Shown: piece after piece, positions 8,329 to 18,790 of the stretch
Position numbering within the stretch: the stretch's first letter is position 1
Layout: each line of letters begins with the position of its first letter
From: Verrucomicrobiota bacterium
GTDB lineage: Bacteria; Verrucomicrobiota; Verrucomicrobiia; Opitutales; Cerasicoccaceae
Direction of reading: 5' to 3'
Assembly: GCA_039818205.1 (NCBI GenBank)
Contig: JBCBUK010000003.1
Span: forward strand, 128,001-192,000
DNA length: 64,000 nucleotides
Notes under the pieces: model-generated
The model's database searches: none
What the model was told of the DNA's origin: nothing
The model's input: the letters and a program-made list of their open reading frames with translations, nothing else
Position numbers and translations under genes: made by a program

Positions 8329-9771
8329 CTATTCCGATCCAAAGATCAGTCCAGCAATTAGTAATGTTAATACTAAGATTTGAATCATATTCTGGGTGTC
8401 GCTGCTTAATCCCAGTCTTGAATTTTGGTCATTGGTTCCGCCTTTGGAAAGAACATCCCCTCCTGCTATCTGGTTGATTGCAAAAAAGACGCCGAACGCG
8501 ACAATACTGCCTTTCGTGAGCTGGTTGAGCACAACGAGGAGCTCGGTTTCGGCCTTAATCGCTTGGTAGAAAATGAGTGGAACCCAAAATACGAAACTTG
8601 GACTAACCGTTACTTTCTTTCGTATCAGGCAATAAATCCCGCTATACACGGCGCCCCAGGCGAACATAAAAATGCTTCCGCCAAATCCTCCGAAATTCGC
8701 ATATCCCTCACCAATGATACTGATCCCCATAGACGTACCCTTCTCCAGGTTTAATCCGGTGAATCGGACGAAGGTTTCTTGCCCTCCGGCCATCGCTTTG
8801 TTTTTCAGTACAGCCCGAGGGAAGACTGCGCCAATAAAGGCGTTTTTGATCGTTTCGCCTTCAGCGTAGGGTTCAACTCGTGGAACGTTCAGCATGACTG
8901 CCGAAATAATCCATCCCTGGTTAATGCGCTGCCCCGCAGCTTGGAGGGCGTCTTTATCAGCAAATGCTTGGTCGTTGACGATCTTGTCGTAGACAGTTTG
9001 GACCAGAGAGGCGCTTTCGCGTCCGGACCATACCTCTTCTCGATAGTCGGTTTTAGCAAGTTGGATGATGAACACGCCGAGCAGACCGGTCAAAAACAGG
9101 AGTATCTTCTGACCGGAGCGAATTCGGGTTGTCTGATACCAGAAACACCCGAGCAAGGCCATCCAGATGATGAGGTCGTGGAACATCGCCGACTCAGCAC
9201 TACGCACGAAGAGCGTGCCGACACAAATAGCGAACATGATCCACCGGTAGTGATGACCGGAAAATAAAAAGTAGAGGGCTGCAACATAACGCAGCTGAGC
9301 TAAGAGAAAGAATAGAAACGCTAGTGATCCCCCAACGCGGTATTGCAGGAACTGTGCAACGAGGCTGATCACAAAAAGCATGATGCCGATCTGGAAAAAC
9401 ATCGGCTCTCGAATCGAGCTGAGAAATGCTCGGTCGTTCCATCTAAGGTTAAAGGTGCTGAGACCTGCTAGGAAAAGACAAGTGGCCGGCAGTGCGAATG
9501 CAAAGTATTCGTTGGCAGGTACATACATCTCGTAGCGTTCGGCGATAGTACCGTAGTTGTAGCCAATTACCGGTCCGACAAGCCATTGGAGGGAGGCGAT
9601 AACTCCCGTTATTTCGACAATGGGAATATATTCTTCGATCGCATGATAGAACTGGTAGAAAGCGAGCAGGAAAACGGCGATGGCCAAGGCGTCGTTGGAC
9701 AGCAACTGAAAACTGCCGAGCATGGCCATGAAAATCATGATCCCGATAAAAACTGGCCTTGGTATCATCAT
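8329..9771 (-). CDS. Putative polysaccharide polymerase (Wzy-like polytopic membrane protein)
   Basis: About 11-12 hydrophobic segments with a large loop (RINQG..VFPRA..K..AGG) and GEGYANFG, typical of Wzy-like proteins; lies inside the GT cluster. Confidence 0.65.
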   Translation of the reverse strand: MMIPRPVFIGIMIFMAMLGSFQLLSNDALAIAVFLLAFYQFYHAIEEYIPIVEITGVIASLQWLVGPVIGYNYGTIAERYEMYVPANEYFAFALPATCLFLAGLSTFNLRWNDRAFLSSIREPMFFQIGIMLFVISLVAQFLQYRVGGSLAFLFFLLAQLRYVAALYFLFSGHHYRWIMFAICVGTLFVRSAESAMFHDLIIWMALLGCFWYQTTRIRSGQKILLFLTGLLGVFIIQLAKTDYREEVWSGRESASLVQTVYDKIVNDQAFADKDALQAAGQRINQGWIISAVMLNVPRVEPYAEGETIKNAFIGAVFPRAVLKNKAMAGGQETFVRFTGLNLEKGTSMGISIIGEGYANFGGFGGSIFMFAWGAVYSGIYCLIRKKVTVSPSFVFWVPLIFYQAIKAETELLVVLNQLTKGSIVAFGVFFAINQIAGGDVLSKGGTNDQNSRLGLSSDTQNMIQILVLTLLIAGLIFGSE

Positions 9772-10883
9772 GACAGTCGAGCGATGAGAGGTTCCAATGC
9801 GGCTTCGGCAGTAAAGCGCGCGATGGTATCCGGGGAAGTCGGAATATTATTCGTTAGAGACGGAGACACGCCTTTGAGCTGTTGGAAGTCGATTTTTTTC
9901 AAAGCAGGGCAGCTTTGTTGGTCAGATAATTCGGAGATTTGTTTCATAACACTCGGATACCAGACCTCAAGGCCGCAGGCCCAATACTCAAACAATTTGT
10001 TGGGTGCGTTATAGACAAAGTTTGGCGTATTGCCACGGTAAAGAATCAATCCGACATCAAATTGCCCAAGTATTCTAGGGAGTTCGTCGTATTTCCAACC
10101 TGCTTTCTTTAGCTCTACGTTGGGAAAGTTTTTCGTTTCTAGCCATTCCCAGACATCCGGGCGAACATTGTAGCCGCCAATCGTTAGCGAAACCTGTTTC
10201 TCATGCTCTGCGGCCCACTCGGTTATTTCACGGATGAAGGTGTCTTCAAAGGAGGCGGAGCCAACATAAACCAGGCGGATTTTGTCTCCTGGCAATTTCG
10301 GTTTGGCGTGACTTAGCCAATTGGCTGGTGGGTAGTTTGGCCAGATGTCAAATTTCTCTTCGGGAAGCTCCGGGGTTTCTTCTCGAAGCAAGCGTAGCCG
10401 GTTGTCATTGGTCTGGGAAATCCATTCGGCTCGTTTAAAGAGGAGGCGAGATTCGAGGGCGTGTCCATATTTGAGCAGAGCCATCCCTGGCTTATCATAC
10501 TCCGCCTGCGAGTTGTATTCGTGGTGGTGAATGAACAGGCGAGCGTTTCCTCCAAGTAGGTAGTAGTAGATCCAAACGGCATAGGCAGAATGTGGCTCGA
10601 CGGAGATAATCGCATCGGGTGCAAAGCGCCTCAGGGCTAGGGCACATTGCCAATGCCAACTAAGGTAGAGCTTTGCCCGTTTAAATCGCCGTTCGCTTGT
10701 CGGGTATTTCGGGCGGTGGATTGCTGCTCCAAGGCAATCGAATTCCTGAAGGTCATTGGTGTTTGCGCTGGACCAAACGGATAGCTCGAAATCCGGGTGC
10801 TCTCCGAGCAGGCGGATGGTATTAGTGGCCGGCGGAAAGATCTCGATTGGCAGCGCGTGGACGTAGGCGATCTTCTTGCTCAT
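9768..10883 (-). CDS. Glycosyltransferase (GT-B, GT4-like)
   Basis: LVYVGS, FDVGLI, APNKLFEYWACG. Confidence 0.75.
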   Translation of the reverse strand: MSKKIAYVHALPIEIFPPATNTIRLLGEHPDFELSVWSSANTNDLQEFDCLGAAIHRPKYPTSERRFKRAKLYLSWHWQCALALRRFAPDAIISVEPHSAYAVWIYYYLLGGNARLFIHHHEYNSQAEYDKPGMALLKYGHALESRLLFKRAEWISQTNDNRLRLLREETPELPEEKFDIWPNYPPANWLSHAKPKLPGDKIRLVYVGSASFEDTFIREITEWAAEHEKQVSLTIGGYNVRPDVWEWLETKNFPNVELKKAGWKYDELPRILGQFDVGLILYRGNTPNFVYNAPNKLFEYWACGLEVWYPSVMKQISELSDQQSCPALKKIDFQQLKGVSPSLTNNIPTSPDTIARFTAEAALEPLIARLS

Positions 10884-11923
10884 GACGTGAAGATACCGGT
10901 TTGAATCAGCAGCTTCTTAAGCACGGTTTCGTAGTCGCGCCCATCACGCTGAACCCGCTGGGTTCCCGCTGCTGTCATCGCTTCCAGTTTGGCGGGATTC
11001 TGGAGGAGGAAATTCATTTTCTCGGGTAGCGCTGCGTAGTCGTCTACGAACAGTGCTTCATCGTCACTGAAATAGTTGGCGGTCTCAGCATTGCGTTCGG
11101 TGGCGAGAACGGTGCCGCAGGCTGGAATCTCGAAGGTCCGGGTTGTATGTAGCTCCGGGAAGCGACGGGAGAGCAGTCCGAGGCCGAAGCGGGCGTTGGA
11201 GATCTCAGCCGAGTAGTCCTCACCAAAAACCTTGTTTCCGATGAATTCAAAATTCTCATGAGCTTGATGCGCCGCGCAAAATCGATCCCAGCCCATCCCG
11301 CCGATTCGAATGTTCAAGCCAGCTTTGACAAGAATGCTAGCGCATGTTTCGCGATCGGGCTCACATAAACCAATAAAAATGACGTCGGCTTTCTTCTCGG
11401 CAAAACCCGCTCGTGGGGAATGTAAGTTGCTGTCGTAGGCCTGTGTTGTCGCGATCAATCGCTCCTTGGGAATGAATGCTCCGTACGCATCGTGTTCAAA
11501 GCTTTTGGTTGTGATTGCCCAGTCGTAATAATGGAGCGATTCGTTGAAGCCCTTGAACCGGTTGGTGTGAAAGGCCGTGTCGGGCGTGTAGTGAATCAAC
11601 GTTTCCGCAGCGGTTCGCATCTGCTGGGTCGTGGCTGGAGTCAGGTAGGATGCCTTGTCGACCCAAATAAAGTTCTGTTTGACTGATGGCAGACTGCTGC
11701 AGACCAGGCGGTTGGTTTCGCTAAGGACTGGACCTTTTTTGAAGCGCATGGCAAGGGTCCGCTTCCACTTTGCAGCGTCATTGTAAGGCGGATGGGTGTT
11801 GATCCAAGTCCAGATCCAATCGGGCGTTAACTGTCGGAGGACCTCTGCACGCATACGCGAGGTCGTTCCCTCCGTGAGAATGCCCACGTAGGTTGCCCGT
11901 TGAGGTAATCCTTTGGTCGACAT
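10880..11923 (-). CDS. Glycosyltransferase (CgeB/Glyco_trans_1_2-like)
   Basis: VIFIG..E..R, TTRTFEIPACG, YFSDDEALF. Confidence 0.75.
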   Translation of the reverse strand: MSTKGLPQRATYVGILTEGTTSRMRAEVLRQLTPDWIWTWINTHPPYNDAAKWKRTLAMRFKKGPVLSETNRLVCSSLPSVKQNFIWVDKASYLTPATTQQMRTAAETLIHYTPDTAFHTNRFKGFNESLHYYDWAITTKSFEHDAYGAFIPKERLIATTQAYDSNLHSPRAGFAEKKADVIFIGLCEPDRETCASILVKAGLNIRIGGMGWDRFCAAHQAHENFEFIGNKVFGEDYSAEISNARFGLGLLSRRFPELHTTRTFEIPACGTVLATERNAETANYFSDDEALFVDDYAALPEKMNFLLQNPAKLEAMTAAGTQRVQRDGRDYETVLKKLLIQTGIFTS

Positions 11924-11935
11924 GCTTAGTTTATA

Positions 11936-13099
11936 TCAGTTGGCCGCACTGACCACCTGCCCGGACCCAAACCAACGTTTCGAACATGTTTGCCCCTTGA
12001 TTGCCTGATCGAGCACCGTATTGAACGCGTTCAAGTAGGAATCCATACTCAGGCTTTCAAGCATCTTCGATGACTGTTCACGGAATGTCTGCTGCACTGC
12101 GTCGTAGTTGGCGACCGCTTGCTCGATGGCATTGGCCAAAGCCGATGGATCTTTGCCTTTGAAAGAAACGCCAACTTGGTAGCGCTGGCAAATTTCCCCA
12201 AGTCCGCCAGTGTCGGAAACGATTGCGGGTAGACCTGCTTCAGCGGCATCGAAGAGCACTCGCCCGAGGGGTTCTGCAGGGGAAGGAATCGTCAACAGAT
12301 GCAGCGGAGCAAGTTCGGTTGCCAAGTCTTGGCAATAGCCTCGGAGGTCGAAATAGTTCTTCAGGCCGTTGGATTCGATTGCCGCTTCAAATTCTTCTCG
12401 CTCTGCCGTGGTGGCCGCGTCCCCAATGATAACGAATTGCCAGTTGCGTTCGCCGGAGGACTCAATGATTTGCTTGGCCGCATTGACCAATAAAAAGTGT
12501 CCCTTGGATTCCGCGATTCTTCCGAGAAGACCGACGCGGATTGGTTCACCCTGCGGAGGCAATGTCCTTACTTTGCTTCGCAAAGCGATGTCGAGCCTGG
12601 CCTGTTCTAATCCTTGATAGAAAACGCACTTTTTTTCCGCCTCGATGTCGGTTTCGTTCGCGATGAATTCTGAATTGCAAATGAAGGCTTTAACGTGGCG
12701 ACCTGCTTCGGGAATCTTGCTGAGAAAACGGGCGTCTTCCAGTGTTTGGACCTGGCAGACGATTGGCACTTGGCAGTGATCAGCGACTTTGTTGGCGGCG
12801 CGGAGCATACCGGCTTGGTTCAGGTAGATGAGATCCGGTTTCTGCCGTAAAATGGTCCAGCCGGTTTTTCCGTATGCTTTGAGTTTCGCCAGTTTGCTTT
12901 GGGCACCAAGGTTACGCGGCAAGGTGTAGTGGCAGGGAAAGCCATCTCGCTCGAGAATTTCGTCGAAGCCGCCGCCCTGAGGCAGGATAATCTCCCAATT
13001 GTAGGTTTGTTTGAAACCCCGCAATAGATCGAGCAGGCAATACTCCGAACCATAGAGTTGCCCAGAAGGCTCGATGGCAATGATCTTGGCGAGTGACAC
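11936..13099 (-). CDS. Glycosyltransferase family 4
   Basis: YGSE, LGRIAESKG, PSPAEPLGRVLFDA (second Glu replaced by Asp); GTG start. Confidence 0.8.
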   Translation of the reverse strand: MSLAKIIAIEPSGQLYGSEYCLLDLLRGFKQTYNWEIILPQGGGFDEILERDGFPCHYTLPRNLGAQSKLAKLKAYGKTGWTILRQKPDLIYLNQAGMLRAANKVADHCQVPIVCQVQTLEDARFLSKIPEAGRHVKAFICNSEFIANETDIEAEKKCVFYQGLEQARLDIALRSKVRTLPPQGEPIRVGLLGRIAESKGHFLLVNAAKQIIESSGERNWQFVIIGDAATTAEREEFEAAIESNGLKNYFDLRGYCQDLATELAPLHLLTIPSPAEPLGRVLFDAAEAGLPAIVSDTGGLGEICQRYQVGVSFKGKDPSALANAIEQAVANYDAVQQTFREQSSKMLESLSMDSYLNAFNTVLDQAIKGQTCSKRWFGSGQVVSAAN

Positions 13100-13110
13100 C
13101 TTAAGGATGA

Positions 13111-13968
13111 CTACTGGGCGGGCTTCTGGCAGAGCCAGTGTTCTTCGTGGTCGATTCCGATCACCTCAATGGCGAAGCCGGCGGTCTCCAAGCGATTGCG
13201 AATTTGCTCAGTTGAGCTGCCGAACTTTGGCAGGTAAGGTGGGTGCACACTGAGGAGCAAGGTAACGTTGTCGCGGGCTAGTGCTTCGCTGGCGCCTGAT
13301 AGGACCAGGTCCTCGGCACCCTCGACGTCGCACTTGATGATGCACGGCGACTCAGCTGGAACCGGCCATTCTTGAAAAATTGTGTTGAGCGAAATGCGGG
13401 GCAACTTCTCGAAGTCGATCTTGGTGTCGAGGTTGACGTAGTTCATCCGCTTCGGGTCACCCTTTACGTTTGGCGAAGCCAAGGTGTCCGCGGTTTGTTT
13501 GCGGGTTGATTCGAGGTCTCGGTTGTTGGGATCTTCCGGTGAAATCAATCCTAGGAGAAGCTCCAGTTTTTCGGAATTAGGGGTAAGCGAGCAAATCTTT
13601 CGCGCTATCGCCAAGCTTTCGGCATCGGCATCAATCGCGAGCACGGGCATCGTGGGTGCCTTGAAGCGGGCAGCACAAGTTAGATAACCGAAGGAGCATC
13701 CGATATCGATCACGACACCTTGCGGGTTGTGCTCAATCCAGGTGTTGAGCGCGGCGACACATTCCGGCTCATAGGATTCTATCTCCTTGGAGCAGAATTC
13801 GGCGGGCAAACGAACCTCCATGACTCCGCCGACCAAAACGCTCAACCCAGAGCTGCTGCTGTTCATAAAACTGTGGTATTGCTTGCGGAGTGCGTTCCGC
13901 AGCCAAGGCATCTTTGGGATCAGGGGATTGCGACGAAGCAATCGATCCATTTTTGTGTAAATATCCAT
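13111..13968 (-). CDS. FkbM-family SAM methyltransferase
   Basis: YEP, VIDIGCSFG (motif I), IKCDVEGAE, SVHP. Confidence 0.85.
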   Translation of the reverse strand: MDIYTKMDRLLRRNPLIPKMPWLRNALRKQYHSFMNSSSSGLSVLVGGVMEVRLPAEFCSKEIESYEPECVAALNTWIEHNPQGVVIDIGCSFGYLTCAARFKAPTMPVLAIDADAESLAIARKICSLTPNSEKLELLLGLISPEDPNNRDLESTRKQTADTLASPNVKGDPKRMNYVNLDTKIDFEKLPRISLNTIFQEWPVPAESPCIIKCDVEGAEDLVLSGASEALARDNVTLLLSVHPPYLPKFGSSTEQIRNRLETAGFAIEVIGIDHEEHWLCQKPAQ

Positions 13969-14011
13969 TGCGATGGGATCTGGATGTTGATGGTTGAGCG
14001 AACTCCCGGGA

Positions 14012-14896
14012 CTAGCTGTAGCCTTTTAGGCCGGTAAGTAAATCTCCGAAGGACAAATTTGATTTTTTTAAAGCCGTTAGGGCGAGCTTTGGTTTTCGTC
14101 GGCGAAGGGCCGTTGCTAGGATGCGTCGGGCGTGGTGTTGCCGTACTTTCTCAATCGCCTTCGCGCGGTCTTGTTCGGATAGTGGGCATTCCGGCGCACT
14201 GAGAGCATCACGCTGAATGACGTAACCGTTGCAAAGATACTCCATTTCGGCCGGGCCACTCTTGAATTCTTGGCCGTCGTGGCGGCGCCACCAGATGAGT
14301 GCTGGCGGGAGCAGAACGACTGACCAGCGAGCGGCAATGCGCAGCCAAAAGTCGTGGTCGGTGGCGACGCCGAAGGCACGGAAGCCATCGATCTCTTCGT
14401 AGGCGCCCTTCCGAATGATCGCGCCGGACGGGCCACAGGAGAGGCATCCGCGCCCAAGGAAATGCTTTTCGTAGGCCTCGCGGTTCGTTAGACACCAGGG
14501 GTAAGGCGAATTGTCCTCTGGTAATGAATGAGCAATACCGAGGGCGGCCTCTGGATTGGATTCCATAGCCTTTACCATGAGTTCGAGCGAGTGGGGATAG
14601 ATTACATCGTCAGCATCGACGTATTTGATGTATTTTCCTTTAGCGAGTGACGCGGCTTTACGCCGGTTGGGATAGTCTCCGAGATTCTTATCGTTCTGGT
14701 AGCTTTTAAAGCGTGGATCCTTGGCCGCGAATTCATCCATGATGGCGACCGAGCCATCCTTGGAGCCGTCGTCGACCATGATGACCTCGAAGTCTTCCCA
14801 ACTGGATGCCTGAGTGCTTTCGAGGCATTCGCGCAGAAACTTCTCACGGTTGTATACGGTAGTGAGTACTGAAACGGTTGGGTTCGGATTGGGCAC
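14012..14896 (-). CDS. Glycosyltransferase family 2
   Basis: VSVLTTVYN, VDDGSKD, YVDADD, DHDFWLR. Confidence 0.9.
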   Translation of the reverse strand: MPNPNPTVSVLTTVYNREKFLRECLESTQASSWEDFEVIMVDDGSKDGSVAIMDEFAAKDPRFKSYQNDKNLGDYPNRRKAASLAKGKYIKYVDADDVIYPHSLELMVKAMESNPEAALGIAHSLPEDNSPYPWCLTNREAYEKHFLGRGCLSCGPSGAIIRKGAYEEIDGFRAFGVATDHDFWLRIAARWSVVLLPPALIWWRRHDGQEFKSGPAEMEYLCNGYVIQRDALSAPECPLSEQDRAKAIEKVRQHHARRILATALRRRKPKLALTALKKSNLSFGDLLTGLKGYS

Positions 14897-14907
14897 GGCT
14901 TCGTTGT

Positions 14908-15924
14908 TTAATGAGTCGGTGTTTGCTTGGCGATTGCCTGAATACGTCGCTTCTGCTTTTTGGCTAAAATTTTGGCCCAGCCACTTTTATACGCAAAGGT
15001 CTGAAGCTTCCGAACGCCTTTCCATCCTATTACAGGCAGTAGCGTTTGCAGAAGTCGGCCACCTTCCATCGGACGGCTGCTTCCTCCGAGCTCGGCGATA
15101 CGCCCTTCAGCCTGGCGAGAAAGATCCGGGAACTCTGGGTAGAATTGGTAGAGCCACATTTGGAAGCGATCTGCACAGACTTTTCGAGTGCGGTTGGAAT
15201 CTTCTCGATCAAGGATGGCTTTGGTCCCGAGGTCTGTGGTCAACCAAGCTGATTCCATTGCCTTGCGACCACTGGACCCGCTAAGCGAGGAGTTCTCTGT
15301 CTTACGATAGCCATAAAGCGCTTCTGGGGCAAAGCATGTACCTCGCGATGCCAGCAAGACTCGGATACTGAAATCGAAATCGTTGTTTAGCGAAAGGGCA
15401 GGGTTCCACTGGCCAGCGCGATGGAGGACTTCCCTGGGGATGAGCCATTTCCAGCCACCCATCATACCCTCGTTGTTAATGAGTGAGTCCATCAACCATT
15501 CGATGGGATCGTCAAAGCTTTGATTCGTAGACTCCTTACGGGCGGTTAGGCCGTCTGGCCGATCCACAAAATATGCCCAGCTGCAATCAGCTATTCTATC
15601 GGTGTGGCCATCCAAGGCGTTTAGCTGCTGCTCCAAATGTTCAGGGGCCAGCCAATCGTCCGCATCAAGAAACTTGATGTACGATCCACGGGCTTCTTGG
15701 ACTCCGCGGTTATTGGCTGCGGATTGCCCTTGGTTTTCTTGGCTAATGAGTCGAACTCGCCCGTCGGTATACTGTCCGACGGCTTCGGTCGAACCATCGC
15801 GCGAGCCATCGTCGATCACAATAATTTCAAGGTCATCTAAGGTCTGCGCCAAGGCCGAATCCAGCGCGACCTTGATCCAGGGTTCCGCGTTATATGCTGG
15901 GATGATGATCGATACTAGCGGCAC
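14908..15924 (-). CDS. Glycosyltransferase family 2
   Basis: VSIIIPAYN, IDDGSRD, FLDADD; GTG 15924 preferred to the track start 15978. Confidence 0.9.
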   Translation of the reverse strand: MPLVSIIIPAYNAEPWIKVALDSALAQTLDDLEIIVIDDGSRDGSTEAVGQYTDGRVRLISQENQGQSAANNRGVQEARGSYIKFLDADDWLAPEHLEQQLNALDGHTDRIADCSWAYFVDRPDGLTARKESTNQSFDDPIEWLMDSLINNEGMMGGWKWLIPREVLHRAGQWNPALSLNNDFDFSIRVLLASRGTCFAPEALYGYRKTENSSLSGSSGRKAMESAWLTTDLGTKAILDREDSNRTRKVCADRFQMWLYQFYPEFPDLSRQAEGRIAELGGSSRPMEGGRLLQTLLPVIGWKGVRKLQTFAYKSGWAKILAKKQKRRIQAIAKQTPTH

Positions 15925-16907
15925 GGCTTGATTGCGGTCAGCTTTCCGATGATTAGGTCCGACATCTCGCGACGCCATCCCCGGGCAAACTCGGGATAGT
16001 TGTTAAGTAGATTGTCGGCGTTTTGGTGAAAATCAAAGAGCTTCTGAAAACGGGGGCGAATGGGTTCGCAGCTCGGCTGCTCGAGCAGCCGAAGGTGTAG
16101 GTAGTGAACGTTCAATGGCCAGTAGTCCCAGTGCGCTAGGTCATCGAATGATTTAAATAGGTAACTGGTGCCGCCAATATGCCAAGTGTCTTTGTCTTCG
16201 CCCGGAATGTGCCGATAGCTATAACCGAGGTGTTTGGCGGCAACCCAATATTGTTGCAGTGTGTCGTAGTAGTCCTTGTTCCGCTCCAGTACTTGGCCAT
16301 CAGGAATGCCCGCTTCACGCAGAATCTTACGGGCCTTTGCGTTGGGGAGCTTACTGTTTTCGGCCGTGATACCGTGCTCCCTCTTCAGCTTTTGCATCAG
16401 CCCGCCATTGAGTAACAGTAAGAAGGTTTCTGGAAAGGTGGGTCGCTCATCGCGCGTTTTGCGAAGAAATGGTCCAACTGCAAATTCTTTGTCCAGGTCG
16501 AGAGATAGCTCGTTCCAGTAGTCGGCGCGTCCGATAAAGCAATCGGCATCCTGAATGCAAAAGACTCCTTGGTGACCGCGTGCGAGGTGATTGATTACGA
16601 CACCGTGTTGAATCAAGGTTTCACTATTGCTGCTAAATGAATTCAGCAAATCAAGGAAAGGTGTATGAGGGCAACGCTTGCTTAACCATTCGCGGTCGGC
16701 GGCGGTGAGCCCATTGTCAACGAGCACCGGTTGAACGTGATCGGCAGCGTTTTGTACCGCTAGTGGCGTCAGGTGGACAAGGTGGGGGGTAACCACAATG
16801 TAGGACTGCATTTTTGCCGGATCAAAGCGACGAATCTGCGCCATCGCTTTTTGGTCATTGATCAATGCCAATAGCTTTAAACGAAACTGAGCGATTAGGG
16901 AACTCAT
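15915..16907 (-). CDS. Hypothetical protein, possibly a divergent GT-A glycosyltransferase
   Basis: 330 aa, co-oriented and overlapping within the operon; LVDNG, CIQDADCF (DxD), YDT, WHIGGTSY. Confidence 0.5.
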   Translation of the reverse strand: MSSLIAQFRLKLLALINDQKAMAQIRRFDPAKMQSYIVVTPHLVHLTPLAVQNAADHVQPVLVDNGLTAADREWLSKRCPHTPFLDLLNSFSSNSETLIQHGVVINHLARGHQGVFCIQDADCFIGRADYWNELSLDLDKEFAVGPFLRKTRDERPTFPETFLLLLNGGLMQKLKREHGITAENSKLPNAKARKILREAGIPDGQVLERNKDYYDTLQQYWVAAKHLGYSYRHIPGEDKDTWHIGGTSYLFKSFDDLAHWDYWPLNVHYLHLRLLEQPSCEPIRPRFQKLFDFHQNADNLLNNYPEFARGWRREMSDLIIGKLTAIKPCR

Positions 16908-16931
16908 TGAGATTTGATTCGGTAGAGAGCG

Positions 16932-18002
16932 TTATCCGGTCGGTTGAAGCGCGTGCAGTCGTTGGCGATGTTTTGGTGCAATCGGAGCTTTTTCAAACAG
17001 CGAAGGAGGAGGGAAAAAGGTCTTGGGAAGGATGAGTTTCGCTAGACGCTGGGCGACACGCATTGGCAAGCGAGTTTGTTGCCAGGTCTTGTGCCCAAGC
17101 CGGCAATAACAGCTCATGAATGCGCTCCACAGAATAGGTGGATTCATATTGCTTTTCCAACCACTTAGAGCCTGTTCGATTGCGGTCCAATTCGCTGTGT
17201 TCTTGAAGATAAGATACTCCAGTTCGATGAAATACTGGGCGTTCCAAGCAGTCGTGAACCGATCCGTTTGCTTATACTCGCGAATCGCTTGCCAGCCCTG
17301 CTCGAGACGAACTAGGCGGGAAGCGAGAATTGGATTGGTTCGTTTATTGGTGACACGATCATCATCGGCTCGACGAACGAAATGGTCCGGTGTTGCGTCG
17401 GCCTCTTTGCGGTAAGGAATACCTTCCAACAAGGCTCGCATGTGCAAGTCGGAATCGTCTCCATAGAAGACTCGTTCATTGAAGCCGTGGATGCTGGTAA
17501 AAGCACTGCGTCGCCAAAGAGGTGATGACGTATGCCAAGGAGAATCCGACGACAGAAAACGGGTGAGGTCGTCGCGGCTGGAATCCAGTTCGTTCCAAAG
17601 GACATCTTGGTCTCCAGGGACATTTTGAAACAGAGCGACGGGAAATACGATGAAACCAGCATCCGGATTCGATTCCATTGCCGCGCGACGCTGCTCAAGG
17701 CACCATGGCGCCATCCAATCGTCCGAGTCGACAAACATGATCCACTCGCCACGGGCTTGTTTAACACCGAGGTTGCGACAGCGTGACGGGCCTTTGTCAC
17801 CGTCGGTTCTTTGGAATACCCGGATACGGCTCCGATCAGAGAGGTCGTGCAAGGCTTTGAGCGTCTGTTGGTTCGAACCGTCGTCTACAATGATCAGTTC
17901 CCAGTTCGGATCCGTTTGCGACTTGATCGAATCGATGGTGATCTTGATAAGATCGACTCGCTCGAAATGGGGAATGACGATGGAGATCAGCTCGTTGCTC
18001 AT
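16932..18002 (-). CDS. Glycosyltransferase family 2
   Basis: ISIVIPHF, VDDGS, RNLG, FVDSDD. Confidence 0.9.
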   Translation of the reverse strand: MSNELISIVIPHFERVDLIKITIDSIKSQTDPNWELIIVDDGSNQQTLKALHDLSDRSRIRVFQRTDGDKGPSRCRNLGVKQARGEWIMFVDSDDWMAPWCLEQRRAAMESNPDAGFIVFPVALFQNVPGDQDVLWNELDSSRDDLTRFLSSDSPWHTSSPLWRRSAFTSIHGFNERVFYGDDSDLHMRALLEGIPYRKEADATPDHFVRRADDDRVTNKRTNPILASRLVRLEQGWQAIREYKQTDRFTTAWNAQYFIELEYLIFKNTANWTAIEQALSGWKSNMNPPILWSAFMSCYCRLGHKTWQQTRLPMRVAQRLAKLILPKTFFPPPSLFEKAPIAPKHRQRLHALQPTG

Positions 18003-18790
18003 GACTCCGTATTGTCGGTGGATTTACCGGAACGCTGGCAGCCGCGGCGGATGAAATTGATGGCTCGTCCAGGTAGGGACCGGTTGAGTTTATCTTGATC
18101 GAGTTGCCATCCGACTTTTGCGGCAGGGTTGGCTCGGTTGTGGTTGAGCGTTTTGCCCAGTGGCCAAAGATTGTGTGGCCAGAGGTAGCGATAGGGCTCG
18201 GGAACAAATCCACTGTCATTGGCGACGGAGTAGTCACGAGCAACGCCGTCATGGAGGTGGTGGCACTTGATAGATAGGCCAGGATTGAACACAGTGAGCC
18301 CGCATGCCTGCATCTCGAACAGTAGACGGTTATCGCATCGCGGAACACCGAGAGGGAAATTTGTTTCAAGGTTTTCAGGAATGGACGCAAATGCCCAAGC
18401 GTCTTGGCTATCGTTGCGATAGAACAGTTTGGTATCGCCATTTGCACAATCATCCCAACGTGCCAGCGCCCACGCCTGGTTTTCGCTTAGCTCTTGTGAA
18501 GCGAGCGCAATCGATTCCTCAAAATAGATGTCGGCGTTGGCGATCAACGTGATGTCGCCTTCGCGGTGGATCTCGCGTGCCCAGCTTACGTAGTCATCCA
18601 ACAGTGGTCGTTGATCGATAGGTCGGGTTTTTAGCTTTGGGTCGGTATCGGGGAGTGCTGGGTTTCCTTCGACCAGCAGGCAAACCTCGTCGATGGCGCT
18701 AAGTGCCAAGTTCCGCTCAAGGCACAAGCGCATCTCTGCGGTTCGCTTGTTATTTGAGGTGATGTAAGCTGTGCTAAAGAGGCGAATCAT
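17999..18790 (-). CDS. Hypothetical protein, GT-A-like fold
   Basis: 263 aa, ATGA-coupled on both sides; IANADIYF, SQDAWAF, LG.PRCDN, HLH. Confidence 0.5.
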   Translation of the reverse strand: MIRLFSTAYITSNNKRTAEMRLCLERNLALSAIDEVCLLVEGNPALPDTDPKLKTRPIDQRPLLDDYVSWAREIHREGDITLIANADIYFEESIALASQELSENQAWALARWDDCANGDTKLFYRNDSQDAWAFASIPENLETNFPLGVPRCDNRLLFEMQACGLTVFNPGLSIKCHHLHDGVARDYSVANDSGFVPEPYRYLWPHNLWPLGKTLNHNRANPAAKVGWQLDQDKLNRSLPGRAINFIRRGCQRSGKSTDNTES

